From: Eremomyces bilateralis CBS 781.70
Taxonomy: Eukaryota
Strand: one strand, 5' to 3'
DNA: 64,000 bases
Assembly: GCA_010015585.1 (NCBI GenBank)
Contig: ML975186.1
Shown here: in pieces, positions 21,339-32,979 of the stretch
Layout of the letters: each line of letters starts with the position of its first letter
How positions within the stretch are numbered: position 1 is the first letter of the stretch
The notes under the pieces: model-generated
What the model saw: the letters and a program-made list of their open reading frames with translations, nothing else
Told to the model about the DNA's origin: nothing
The model's database searches: none
Program-made: the position numbers and the translations under genes

Positions 21339-24254
21339 ATGTCATCTTCTGGAGACCCTGGTGGTAGCGTATGCGCGAACTGCCGGTCCTGGAGGGTTGA
21401 TAAGGAGTTTACTTCAAAATGTCGCCGACTACTAGTCAAGACTTGCTGGTGATGTCGTTATGGTCACGATCATGGTGACGCTGTAGGTAGAGTGAATGAT
21501 TCCAATACGTTGAAGCTGACATCATTAGTCCCCCCATCTTCAACCCGCCATTATGTCTACACGAGATGCCTCATCCTCGCAACAAACCGACATTGAGGAC
21601 GATAGGTCTTGGAGGCGGGAGACTTCCCTATTCCACCGTGCCGGGATACATAGCCAGGACGATGAGGATAGAGCCGCTGCTCGCAGAGAGTATAACGCTA
21701 TGTCACGGGCTCATCGTGCTGCTACTCGTGTACACCGTCATGTCCAGCCGCTACCAATATTCGAAGATTATCTCCGGGGACAGAGGCTACCACTTTTACA
21801 TCAACCGCAATCTAGTCAAGGTGCTCATGATGATGGCGACAACAGGTTTAGGCATATAAGTCCGATCTCCTTGGCCGGGTTATCCCAAATTCATGGCGAT
21901 GAGCAACCACGTACACGACAACGGATAGAGGAGCAACGCGATCGTACACGTCAACGGAGAGATGAGCAACGCGATCATACACGTCAACAGCAAGATGATG
22001 ATCGAACAGAAGCACTTCAGCGCGGAGATGTTCGCCTCGATCCCCAGTCCCGCGACTTCAACATCCAGGACGCCAATCTTTCCGAGCAGGATTGGACCTA
22101 CGTCAAGGACTTCCACAAGGAGATGGCCAAACTATGCCTTGAACACTGCACTCGGTGTGACGAAAAATGGTTTGATATGCGTCTCATGGGTGGTAGTATA
22201 TGTCATCGATGCAGGATCGACGATCGGAAACGTGGCGATTTACCACCGCTGTATTCCGCAGAGAATCATTTAAATCCTGGTCTAGGCCCGTCGCATTACG
22301 GTCTTCCTGAGTTATCTCAAGTAGAGGGGCTCCTCATCGCCCGTGTCCATTGTGCTGTGGAGGTTCGAAAGGTTAACGGTCTTCAGTACCGTTATACAGG
22401 GCATATCATCAACTTCATGCGAGACGTGGGGCGCGTATACAATCGACTACCTCTCCTTCCGAAAGACCTTGAGATCGTTGTCCTTCGCCCTGCGAATTGG
22501 GATCAGGATCCCCGTATGCAGCGCCAGTTNNNNNNNNNNNNNNNNNNNNNNNNNNNNNNNNNNNNNNNNNNNNNNNNNNNNNNNNNNNNNNNNNNNNNNN
22601 NNNNNNNNNNNNNNNNNNNNNNNNNNNNNNNNNNNNNNNNNNNNNNNNNNNNNNNNNNNNNNNNNNNNNNNNNNNNNNNNNNNNNNNNNNNNNNNNNNNN
22701 NNNNNNNNNNNNNNNNNNNNNNNNNNNNNNNNNNNNNNNNNNNNNNNNNNNNNNNNNNNNNNNNNNNNNNNNNNNNNNNNNNNNNNNNNNNNNNNNNNNN
22801 NNNNTGACGATGCCTGAGTTTAGATTGACTCCTCTATCTGAGTTTAACCACTCTCAGGCTCTTCTAAGCCTGGCGTTCCCAAGCTGCTTCCCCTGCGGTG
22901 TTGGGGACTTTGTTCATCCCCGTCTCCGGAAGGTAGAGTATCGTGAATATATCAAGCATCTGATGAGGTTCCACGATGGTCGTTTTGCAAAGCATCCGCG
23001 CCTACGGTATGTCCCTTTCAACACTCTTTTCCGGAAGCAGGTCAATACCCGTGCATCTTACTTCGTTCATCAACGTCCTGAGCAACGTAATCTATCTCTT
23101 GAGGAGCTCTGTGCTGCTTTTGCGGATGACTCTCCTGAAGCCCAGGCCTTGCTGAACTCTATTATCCGTTTTTCGGGGAGTCTACGCGGCACGCGGCACG
23201 CGGCCCTATTGGATTGGGCGTGGCAAGCAACTTGAAGCTACCGTGCAATGGATCAGGTCTCCCGACATCTTTTTAACGCTGTCGGCCGCCGATTACCACT
23301 GGGATGATCTGCAGCGTCATTTACCTCAATATGAGGAGTGGCGTAATGGATCTCCAGCGGAGTGGATCTCAATCTCACGCCGCAACCTCCGAGACTATCC
23401 CCACATCGCCGCATATCTCTTTCATTGGCGCCGCGAGGCTCTATACAAGACTTTGGTAATTCCTAAGTTCAACATCCGCGATCAATGGGGCCGATATGAG
23501 TGGCAGGGTCGCGGCTCGTCGCACTCACATTTCCTCCTCTGGCTAGACCGTGCCTGCCCTAACAATGAGCTTGATCGTATCCCTACGGAGGATCTCCCTG
23601 CCGCCCTTGAGAAATTTGCGCGGTTCTGGGGCGGTCACATCATGGCGTTGAACCCCGAACCTTCTCGTCGGGCGCGACCTGAGGATGAGCGGAGTGCCAT
23701 CGCGCTAAGTCCTGACACCCAGGAGAATACGCTGGCCCATTACTCCGCCATCATTAACCGTGTGCAGAAGCACCATTGCACTGATGCGTACTGCCTCCGC
23801 ACGAATAAACGTACTGACCAGAAGGAGTGTCGTTTCTACGCCCCGTGGCGGATCCGGGGTGCGGCTGTGGTTACGAAGGACGAAGGCAACCCTAGGTTCT
23901 TCAACTTCCGCGGTATCCGGAACGATGATCGGTTAAATCATAGCATCTGCTTCCTTCACAGGCGGCACGGTAGGGACGGAGTTCATATCTGGGTGGCGTG
24001 GATGCGGAGGGTTTCCGGAAGGCGGGGAGTGAGTGCTGTAAGCAAGGTGGTTATGTGGCGCGAGATCAGGATCAAAATATCACTGTACGATTAGACGATC
24101 AGATGAGAAAAGGGTATCGTTTGATTTCCTAATTAGGAAGTTTGCACTGATCGCGAAGGTGCTGGTTTTGAGCAATTCAGCCATTTCCCTGTTTCCTCCC
24201 CATGATTAAGAGTACTTTATTAATAATCCTACGGGGTTGAGATACTCTAACTAG
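21339..24254 (+). mobile_element. Defective Helitron: Rep N-terminal part, no helicase, putative 3' end retained
   Basis: ORFs 21553..23235 and 23243..24094 carry LAFPSCFPCG, YIKHLMRFHDGRFAKHPRLRY, FLTLSAAD and HUH motif RYEWQGRGSSHSHFLLW. An upstream CxxC..CxxC exon from 21339 has an in-frame TGA. Homology appears to end ~23940. Hairpin 24224-24239, 11 nt, then CTAG|T. 5' boundary not defined. Confidence 0.85.
22530..22804. other. Assembly gap (275 N)
   Basis: Run of n characters inside the Helitron ORF. Confidence 1.
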
Positions 24255-24557
24255 TTATGCCTCTACATGTAGCAAGGCAGAGATCACGTGCTAGCTATGC
24301 TCGTGATTATTTGGGGCAGAAAGGTTGCCTTTATGCACCACAGGGCTATTTTATATTAAACCCACATGCAAGAGGAGCAGACTGCAGATTGAGCAATGCT
24401 AGGCTCAAATGGAGTAGGAAATTCTTCACTCGATTATGATAACCGTATTTGTTCTTCTGACATTCAAGGAAAATATTTAAGAGCCTATTGCTGCTCTGAC
24501 CTTGGACTTTTGTGCAAGGCGACAACGGTCGAGAACGGAAACTGCAGAGGCTTTCCA

Positions 24558-24995
24558 ATGGCAGATACAGGAGACAACGTCCACCTCACAGTGGAGTTTA
24601 GGTATACAGCAAGCACTATCTGAGTGATTGGGGCCATGCTAAATCAATTCACAGCGGTGGTCTTGAAATGCTCTTCTCGAATCGACGAAAGCATAGTGTT
24701 TCCTTGCCAAAGATTTCCCCTAAGGGTACTCCGGTGACGATAGACTTCCTAGTGAAATATCTTTGTGACCATCTCATGAAGGACTCCCGGAAAGATCTAT
24801 TTATAATGGAGGACAATGTGTTAGTTTTACTTCTCTCGCTTTATGGTTTTCTATCCTTCATACTAACAGTGTGAAAGACGGCCAGGCATTCTGGTCCTGA
24901 TCAACGATTCTGATTGGGAGCTGGAAGGCGAAGCGGATTATGAGATTCAGCCCAATGACAATATCATGTTTGTCTCGACTTTACATGGAGGATGA
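24558..24995 (+). CDS. URM1: Ubiquitin-related modifier 1
   Basis: Three exons give [59 protein letters not shown], the Urm1 signature with C-terminal GG. The ORF track shows only the middle exon. Confidence 0.95.
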
Positions 24996-25265
24996 GGTCA
25001 ATTCTCGGAAAGCTCCTAAACTAGTGAACAAAGATATTGGATTTTCAGGCCGACAGAAACTCCAAGATTAATCCAGATCGCGGATACCGGTATGGACCAC
25101 GACGCTATACACAATAATGCCAACTCCAAGCCTTTGAGAAGCAATTCCCCCTGCGCCAAAAACAACCGGACGCCACCGGTCCCAGGTCGAAGAAAAAATC
25201 AGTGCAAAAGTAAGACAGGGCGAATATAAACCAGGGGAAATAGCTCTTATATACCCACGAAAATC

Positions 25266-27654
25266 TCATTTATTCGCACCCATCCAACGTCCTCCTACTT
25301 CCAGTGAATCCATAGCAAATATTCGGACATGCTTCACCCGCTCCGGACTCGCAGGCCAAACCTCCCTCCGTAACCGCTCAATCAGCGGATCATCGTCCAT
25401 GGTGCTGTGGCTTCCATTGGAGCCTGACATGCGTTCGCTCCTCGACCGGCCGTTCGGGGGATCTTCCGTATCTCGATTCAATGCCGATCCGTTCGTCGAT
25501 TGACTCTGTGGCCTCGGCGTCAGAAGGCCGTCTTCCTCCATGTTGCGCACTGGCGAGCCCGATGCCCCGTCCATATCGGTGTCGCCATCCACATCGATAT
25601 CCATGGTGCTAGGTTCGGAAAACCGCTTCGCCTTCGCTTTCAATGCATCGATCATGGTCTGATGATCTAACTCTGTCGACGGGACGATGGTTTCCCGCTC
25701 GGGTGTCGCCCCGTTCGGGTCCATATTCGGCGACCCCTCCGCAGCCCTCTCGACGGCTTCCAATTCTCGTTCCGTGACCCCATTCGCCCATATGAGCCGC
25801 TGTTTGATCTCTTCCATTAGGCCTTCCCATTGACTCTTTCTTAATGTCACCTTTTCGACCTTGCCCAGCTCAAACGCGTGGTTCCCCAGCCCCACCCATT
25901 GCAATCCTTCGTAGTACGGTTTGGCAAACTCGATCGTTAATGGCATGACGTGCGCTTCTGCGGGGATTCGGCTGACCGTGCTCAGCAACGGATCGTTCGG
26001 CGGCAAAAGCATTCGAACCGCCGTCAGTCCCTTTTTACTGGTCCGCGCGCCTCCCTGCCTCGCACGCGCAACATACGCACCGCAGAGCGGCCGGAGCAGG
26101 CGGATGTCGTCATTCTCCAACGCGAGAGAGAGTTCCTCGAGGTTTGGGCACGCATCTACAAGCCCTTTGATCACGGGCGGCGAGAAGGCCCATTGGCTAT
26201 ATAGATTGAGACGGCGGAGGGTCGTGCCATGCTTCAGTGTGATGGCCGCGAAATAATCGCCCGCAAGCGCGAGGTCAACTGCGGGGTTGTGGTATGGGTT
26301 GTCTGGGGTCCGAGACTTCTCACTTCCACTCGAAGAGGGCGAATTAGAAAGGTGCTGTCCGTTCCGGTATGAATTTCCAGTCCCGTTCGCAACCGGGGTC
26401 TCGCCGCTTGCCGCGCTCGACGCTCGCGACTTGGGAGGGGAGACGTTCACGTAATAGATTTCCTCCAGGCCGGCAAATGTAGATAGCATTTGGGCATATG
26501 CGCGATCACGGCCGTTGCCTCGAAGGAAGCGGAGATTGATCGGTTTCTTTAATGGCATGTGGTTCCACGAATTGTCGACAAAGACCGTGACAGGATCCGC
26601 GGGGTTGACGGAGTTGATGGTTGTGAAAGACTGAAGCGCCTCCATGTTGAATACTTCGTTGAACTCGTTATTATTACGCGCATACAGGTTGTGTAGCGCA
26701 AGGTGCTTGACGTTAAGTTTCTGGTTGGATGCGATGAGCTTGCCAAAATACGTAATTAGTTGCACGGAAATCTCTCCTTCTTCGCGCATTCTGGGATTCC
26801 AATGCATGGTGAGAGATGAAAGGCTCTTCGTGCTGGCAAACAATACGGAGAAGTCGTCCGGATAGCAGAGTGGATCCAAATCTAGGAGTGAAAGGGTCTT
26901 TAAGGTAGGTAGGGGTGGAACTTGCACCGAAGGTCTGGGGATTCGAGTAATCGGGAATCGAATTGTCAAAGAGGTCAGGCGTGGGCTCACAGCGAGACCT
27001 GAGTATATAGTTTGAAGGGGTTTGGTAGACATCTCCCAGCTTTTGCTCCCGTCAGTATTGTCCATCGCGTATACAGCCGTATATCCCAACCAACCGCCAA
27101 TTTCGACCAGGTAGACTTACGTGAAAGATTGAAGATTGTCCATCCGTTCGATCGCGGCTCGTACTGCAATACTCATCATCATCTCGTCGTCCGGGATCCT
27201 CCCTGCTCGAACTTCATCGATATCCCGCTCTTTTGAATCGCCTAGCAAAGAAAAGTGCTTCACGTATGTACCATAATTCCTTGTAGCAAGGCCATTAAGG
27301 CCCATGGAAAATGGGCTGCCGGCCCCATATCCTTCGGGCCGGCGGTTCTTGAACCGCATTTGCGCGTATGATCGGAGAGTGGCATGTTCATAGAGGCGAG
27401 GGAGGGTCATGTAATAAAGCAGTCTCGATGTTCGTGTAACGAGGGCAATATCAGCGGGTTCATCAAGCTGGAATTTCTTGAGTCAGCACATTGCATCGTG
27501 CCCCTATAATAAAAGAGTCAATGCCACTCACAAAGGAGAGAATGTGCAAAAGAATGTTCAACGGAAGTTCTTTGCGCTGCCTCCCGTCACTCTGAACGGT
27601 ATGCTGGGGGGCCGGTGACGGAGCATAAACACGATACACATCTCGCGGGTCCAT
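25266..27654 (-). CDS. F-box domain protein
   Basis: Exon 1 ends LPLNILLHILSF, intron 27531-27468, then LDEPADIALVTRTSRLLYYMTLPRLY (F-box pattern). A second intron from 27120 joins ORF 25266..27089, which has LRR-like segments (LKTLSL, LRRLNL, ACPNLEELSL). Confidence 0.8.
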
Positions 27655-29293
27655 CGTGCTCTATGGCCCGGAAACACGTGGACGAAACAGTCAAGTTTGG
27701 AAACTCGAAAGAAAGTATCTGGGTGACGTTGGCGATGGTGGATTTCGAGAGGACGGAGTCCAATTCGGCTCTCGAGCTTGAAGACAAAGACTTGGCAGGC
27801 TACTTCTTCTCCGCATCTGCTTGTGTAGGGAGTCGAATTCGGCCAGTGGGGAATCGGTCGGTCCTGGCTACATGCGCATTTGACGCTCAGATCAAGGGGG
27901 CTAGTAAGCACTTATGGGTACTTGCGTACATAGTAGGAATCGGTCCATGCCAGTGAAAAGGCGAGAACTTAGAACGGAGAACGACTGTTATGCTTCATCA
28001 TTCTGGGCCCTGGAGAAGCACGAGGCCGGCAGAGAAGCTCCGGCTTTAAGCGTCAGCTTCAGCCTGCAAGAAAACGCAAGTTTAGCCGACAGTCTGCCCC
28101 CATCGGCCCATAGTCTTGGAGCATTAGCATGGATGGTGTGCAATAGTCCGATTGGGATGGTGGGGATATTGTCATGGGTGATGCAATAATAATTATGCTG
28201 CCCAATGTTCGGAACTCTAACGACGGGATCGGGGGCCACAGGCAGATAGTCTGAATTAGTGAATGAGAGGCGGAGAAATCCCCGGGTTTAAGCCGGCGTG
28301 GAGAAAATACCCTAGGCATAACCACGAGAGCAGACCGATCCCGCGATTAATGCAGACATTATGACATGTGATGTTTGATAGACAAGGGGGAAATGACGAG
28401 CAGAATAACCGAGCTCCGCATTGGCGTAGAAGCGCGGACAATTTCTCGTTCATCCATGCGATGGAGGGGTTCAAAGTTGAAACTCCTACAGGCTGCAGAT
28501 AATAGGAGAGGAGAATCGATTCTTGTTGGACAGGAACAAGAAGAGATCGCGCAGGACGGCAAGGCAGAGGAGAACTTGGGGATGACCAACGCGGAGGACG
28601 GTACGCCATGTCCTAATTACCGCCTATGGAGTTACTCCTCAACAGTCAGCGCGTCATAAATAAGGTACTTAGGATACCACGGATTTCCAAGTTAGGTATG
28701 AATTTAACCCTCTAACTGACCACCGAACCGAAGGTTGACCTTGGTAACAGGAAGTATCAAGATTCAAGTACAGCTACTAAGGCAATAATACCATCTTACA
28801 TAGTAGGCAACGCAATGGATGAATTTGGCTACCATGAGTACGGAATACTCCGTACAGAATGGCGCTATCCAGCTTATTGCATCTTCATCCTTGTCCCATG
28901 TCGATGGGCGGGCACAATGGGTGGGCATTGCCAAATTTGCATAACAAATGCTTAACTTACGCGACGATGAATCCGGGTTTGTGCAATCTGGACCGGCCCG
29001 CTGGGATGTGTTGTGAGTGAGTTGCGCAACTTCCCTCGGCCGCATCTGATATACCACTAGGTACACCCTACACATCTACACTCTCAAGAGCACCACCATG
29101 GTGGATAGTAGTATTCGATCTTGGAATCATCAATCGCGCTGCGGATCTTAGTTCTATCACTAGGTATCAAGAATGGCAGATCTGCTGGCTTTGGAACACA
29201 CCATGGATCGCCCCATTTGGAACAGATTTCGAGTGCGCCGCGCACAGTACTCGTCTCGAGGTACAAGTGTTGTTTCTCCCAGCAATTCATGAA

Positions 29294-30787
29294 TTACCCC
29301 GTGTACACAAACTCCAGGATTCCAAAAGGTGTCCCGGGGAGTAAATGAACTTTATCCAGGTGGATCTTCGCGTCAACGCTCTGGAACAGCTCCTTCCATT
29401 CCTCGACCGTCCTCTCCTTCGCATTCAAAACCACCATCATTTGAAGATCTAGGGCGCTGAGGAACCGTTCAGCAGGCAAGGGCAACAACTTGTTGCCTTT
29501 CTCATCCGCCATTGGTGGCATCACGCCATCGAAAATCAGGAACCGCGAGCCGGGCTTCATCTGCGGCGTGATCTGGCCGATGATCTTCCTCGCATAACTA
29601 TCCGCCCAGTCGTGGAGGATGTGTTTGAGGAAGTATATCTCGGCTTGGACGGGTTGGGGCGTGAAGAAATCGTGCGCCCGGAAGGAAATCCGAGACGAAA
29701 CCGACGAATCCACGTTGGTGAGGCTGGCATCGAACTTCGCTTCTAGTCCAGGGAGGTCCTCAACGACGCAAGTCACGTTCGGTGCGATATTAGCGATGGC
29801 CTGCGAGATGTGTCCTGTGGATCCCCCAACCTTTCGCGCGATTCAATTAGCTGTCAATTTCTCACAATTCGAACTGGATCTGCGCAACTGAAGGGCGGGA
29901 TGGGTGAGCTTACATCCACGAGGGTTGCATTCCCGAAAGATGCCCAATCGACTAACTTCAGGAGACCCGGGGGATCAATGGCAGTGTTCACGGCTGCGGA
30001 TTGCATCGCCTGTCCGAATCGCTCTTCTCGCCAACCTTTCCTCTCGCCTTCACCGTCTTCGGCCACGAATTGAAAGAACGATTTTTCCGCCAGTTCCGGC
30101 TTGGAGTCTGGATTATACAATGCCAATGACGACGCTGCTTGACCCGGCTTGTCCGTCATCTGGTCCTTGCCCGCAGTGTACCGTCTGAGGGCCTCCGGAA
30201 GTTGGACGCACCCTGCTCCGACCTCCTCTGTATTATGGATAATCCAGGATGCGAGTTCTGGTGTCTTCACGACCACAGCCGATGAAGCGGTGTGGATAAT
30301 ATCGTCTGAGCCAGGGGATGACTCGGCAAACAGACGCATAGTAAAAGCATGACGAAGAATGCGGCGCACAACATCGGTGGGAAGTCCAGTGGCTTCGGAG
30401 ATTTGCACATACGTTGCGCTGCCGTCAACTGGCACAGCGGAATAAAAGTCGAACTCGGAAAGCACTCCTATAACCATCATGTCGTGCTTGAGCTGTTTGT
30501 GGGGAGTAAGTTAAGTACCCTATCCGTCCAATAGGATCTGAAATTACCGTGAGTGAATGCCAGAACTGGAACTCCACGGGCCCGATGGCTACATGAAGCA
30601 TGTCCATCAGAGATTCGATCAGCATCATACGAGGACCTTGGACTTCTGGTGATGGAGGATACGGATGAAGTCCGTCCTTGTCCAACGATGGCAATGGAGC
30701 GTTCACAGAGTTCATGTGGGATGTAACTGCCGTGGCCATCTCCGTGACCTTGCTGGCCAGCTCGACTAGCGAATGATTTCCAGCCAT
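29294..30787 (-). CDS. SAM-dependent O-methyltransferase (Methyltransf_2 / OmtA-like)
   Basis: Three exons (introns 30547-30493 and 29913-29831). Spliced LVD-VGGSTGH SAM motif, HDFFTPQP, ILHDWAD, AKERTVEEWKELF; N-terminal dimerisation/wHTH-like region. Confidence 0.9.
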
Positions 30788-32979
30788 CGTAGGTAAAGCT
30801 TGTGTAACGTGTAGGTTAGCAATAAGATCTGGGGATAAGCATAGGGCTGGGAATCGTAGCGTCTTTATATCTCCTGCCCTCGCCTAGATATGGAGTAGCG
30901 GTATGCCTCCACGCCCCACTGCCCAAATATAGTTAGCTCATGGCTCGAGCGGATGGTATACGGAGTTAACCAGGTTCGGTTTTGCACCAATGCACACGAT
31001 CAAGGCGATGATGTGCAGTTGGGGTATGGAGGGGTGCTACGCATGGATTCTCAGCAAATAGCAATGGTTACACTCCTCTTGGGATAGCAGACTTTGGGCC
31101 AAACCAGCAAGCGAGCTTCATCAGTCATCAGTCATCGGTCATTTCGCTCTCCTTCTGACTTCTCCATAAGGATATGCAGCTTTCGGAACGGCATCTCCCC
31201 CCTATGATCATTTGCTGAACGGGCATTAGCGTGGTGGTGGTCCACTTGGGGGCCAAGATCCAACATCGTTAATTTGGTCTTACATCGTCGGATGGCTCAG
31301 ATTGAACAGACTCAAACGGTTTAGCGCTTAGCTGCTAAGCATCGGTACCTCTATACTTCGTAATTGAATTCCTGGCTGGGCGTCATTAATGGCAAAGCCT
31401 GCAGGTGTTGTTTATGGGGCGGTTTTCAGTGAACCGACATGGTGCAACGAACTGTCTGAATGGCGGATGGGTCAAGGGTCCGCTTTTAAACCACCCGGTT
31501 ACGTATTAGATATTATCCTTTCCCCCAAACATCGTTGTCGAGATCATGGTATCTAGAATTTCGTTCTGTGCCGATTAACGATGGGGATCTGGATGTCATC
31601 CCCGACCTTGCATCATGAGAGCCTGGTTCAGGAACCAATCAGCGAATACAGCTGTCACCATAGCGACCAGGGGATGAACGTCCATCGTCCTAGACTTCTC
31701 CGCGGTGGCATCAGATAAGGTCTCCTTGTTCTCCATGATTTTCTCCATCGTGCCAGTACAGGTCGTCCTTCGTGTTAGAAATCACCATCGATGCTCCAAA
31801 ACCTCGGACGCGTCTCGAAGCTCAGTTGCCAACGTCCTAGGAGCCGACTCGGGCATTGAAGCGTTCCCTTGGCCGCATTGTCGCGGGGGAATCTCAAGTC
31901 ATTCGGCGAATCGTGCGGAGAACCGATATCTTGATCTTGATGCTGTAAGAGTCTGCCATGTCGGATTATACTCGCGGCTTGCTACTGTAGCACCCTGAAT
32001 ACAGGAAATGGAGTCTTCGAAGGGGTTCAGTACTTACGTCTTGCGGGAATTCCCCAAAGTAGGAAAACGTACTTGGTCATTGGCACAGCATCGTCGCAGT
32101 TGAAATCCTGTGCCGTCTTCAAGAGCAGGGCCTTTCCGGTATGGGCCTGTAGCAGATCCTGATGACGCTCTCCTTCGTTGATACTTGTTTAATTGTGAAG
32201 GTCTCAAGTTAACTGAGTGCTCCAGTGATTACCATATGTCGCTGTAAGCCGCTCGATCGAGGCCAGCGTTGTACGATATCCCATCGTCGATCTCCCATAG
32301 ATGCCCATTAGAGCTATGAGCACATGTTCGGCTTCAGTGGAGGGGGTATCTGGCGAAATACTGGGCATGAATAGCAGGGACCGCGACTCCGAAATGGCGT
32401 AGTATGGAGAGGTGCACAACATCAACTTTGCTGTTGGCAAATAAATTGATGGCTGCTGTGTCGTTCACAACATTCACACCCGCAGTTCCTCGAGCTTGAG
32501 GAAAGCCATTAACCACTGCTGGCCCATGCCTTATCCCTTCACTCCAATATTCCAGCCCCATTCAATCGATGGAAGCTCTCCCTTACTCATCACCAATTAC
32601 TTGGTTAGATAAACCTAAGTCTCTTGTTACTGCAGCCCAGGAACTTCCCAATTGAGTACTATGTACTAGCATCAGGCAGAACAAGTAACGCCCTCATCGG
32701 TTATTGATGGATGCTTGTTGAACTCAACCACTGCCAACGGCTACACTACACCCTCTCTGTCGGTGTTTCTATGTTATTCCCCATCATCAGGCCTTCTAAT
32801 TCATCGCTCTTTTGTCAGACTTCGTTTTCCTCTGGAGAGGAACAATTTGAGGGCTTGCTGGTGGTTATCACTCACCATCTCCTTCACTGCCACCAACCTC
32901 CACCTCTTTCACCCTGGGATGAGAAACATCCTATAACGCTTTCGTTTTACTGCCTATTTCCTTTCGTTGTTTCAACACT

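Noticed and set aside
28839..28856. GTACGGA-ATAC-TCCGTAC inverted repeat, with related TACTCCGTA-like words at ~5992, 30959, 49533
   Set aside because: Short word that I recognise as common in filamentous-ascomycete intergenic DNA; nothing specific can be assigned here.
31600..32560. Possible spliced minus-strand gene remnant between OMT and sedolisin
   Set aside because: One intron-like segment seen but no coherent reading frame.
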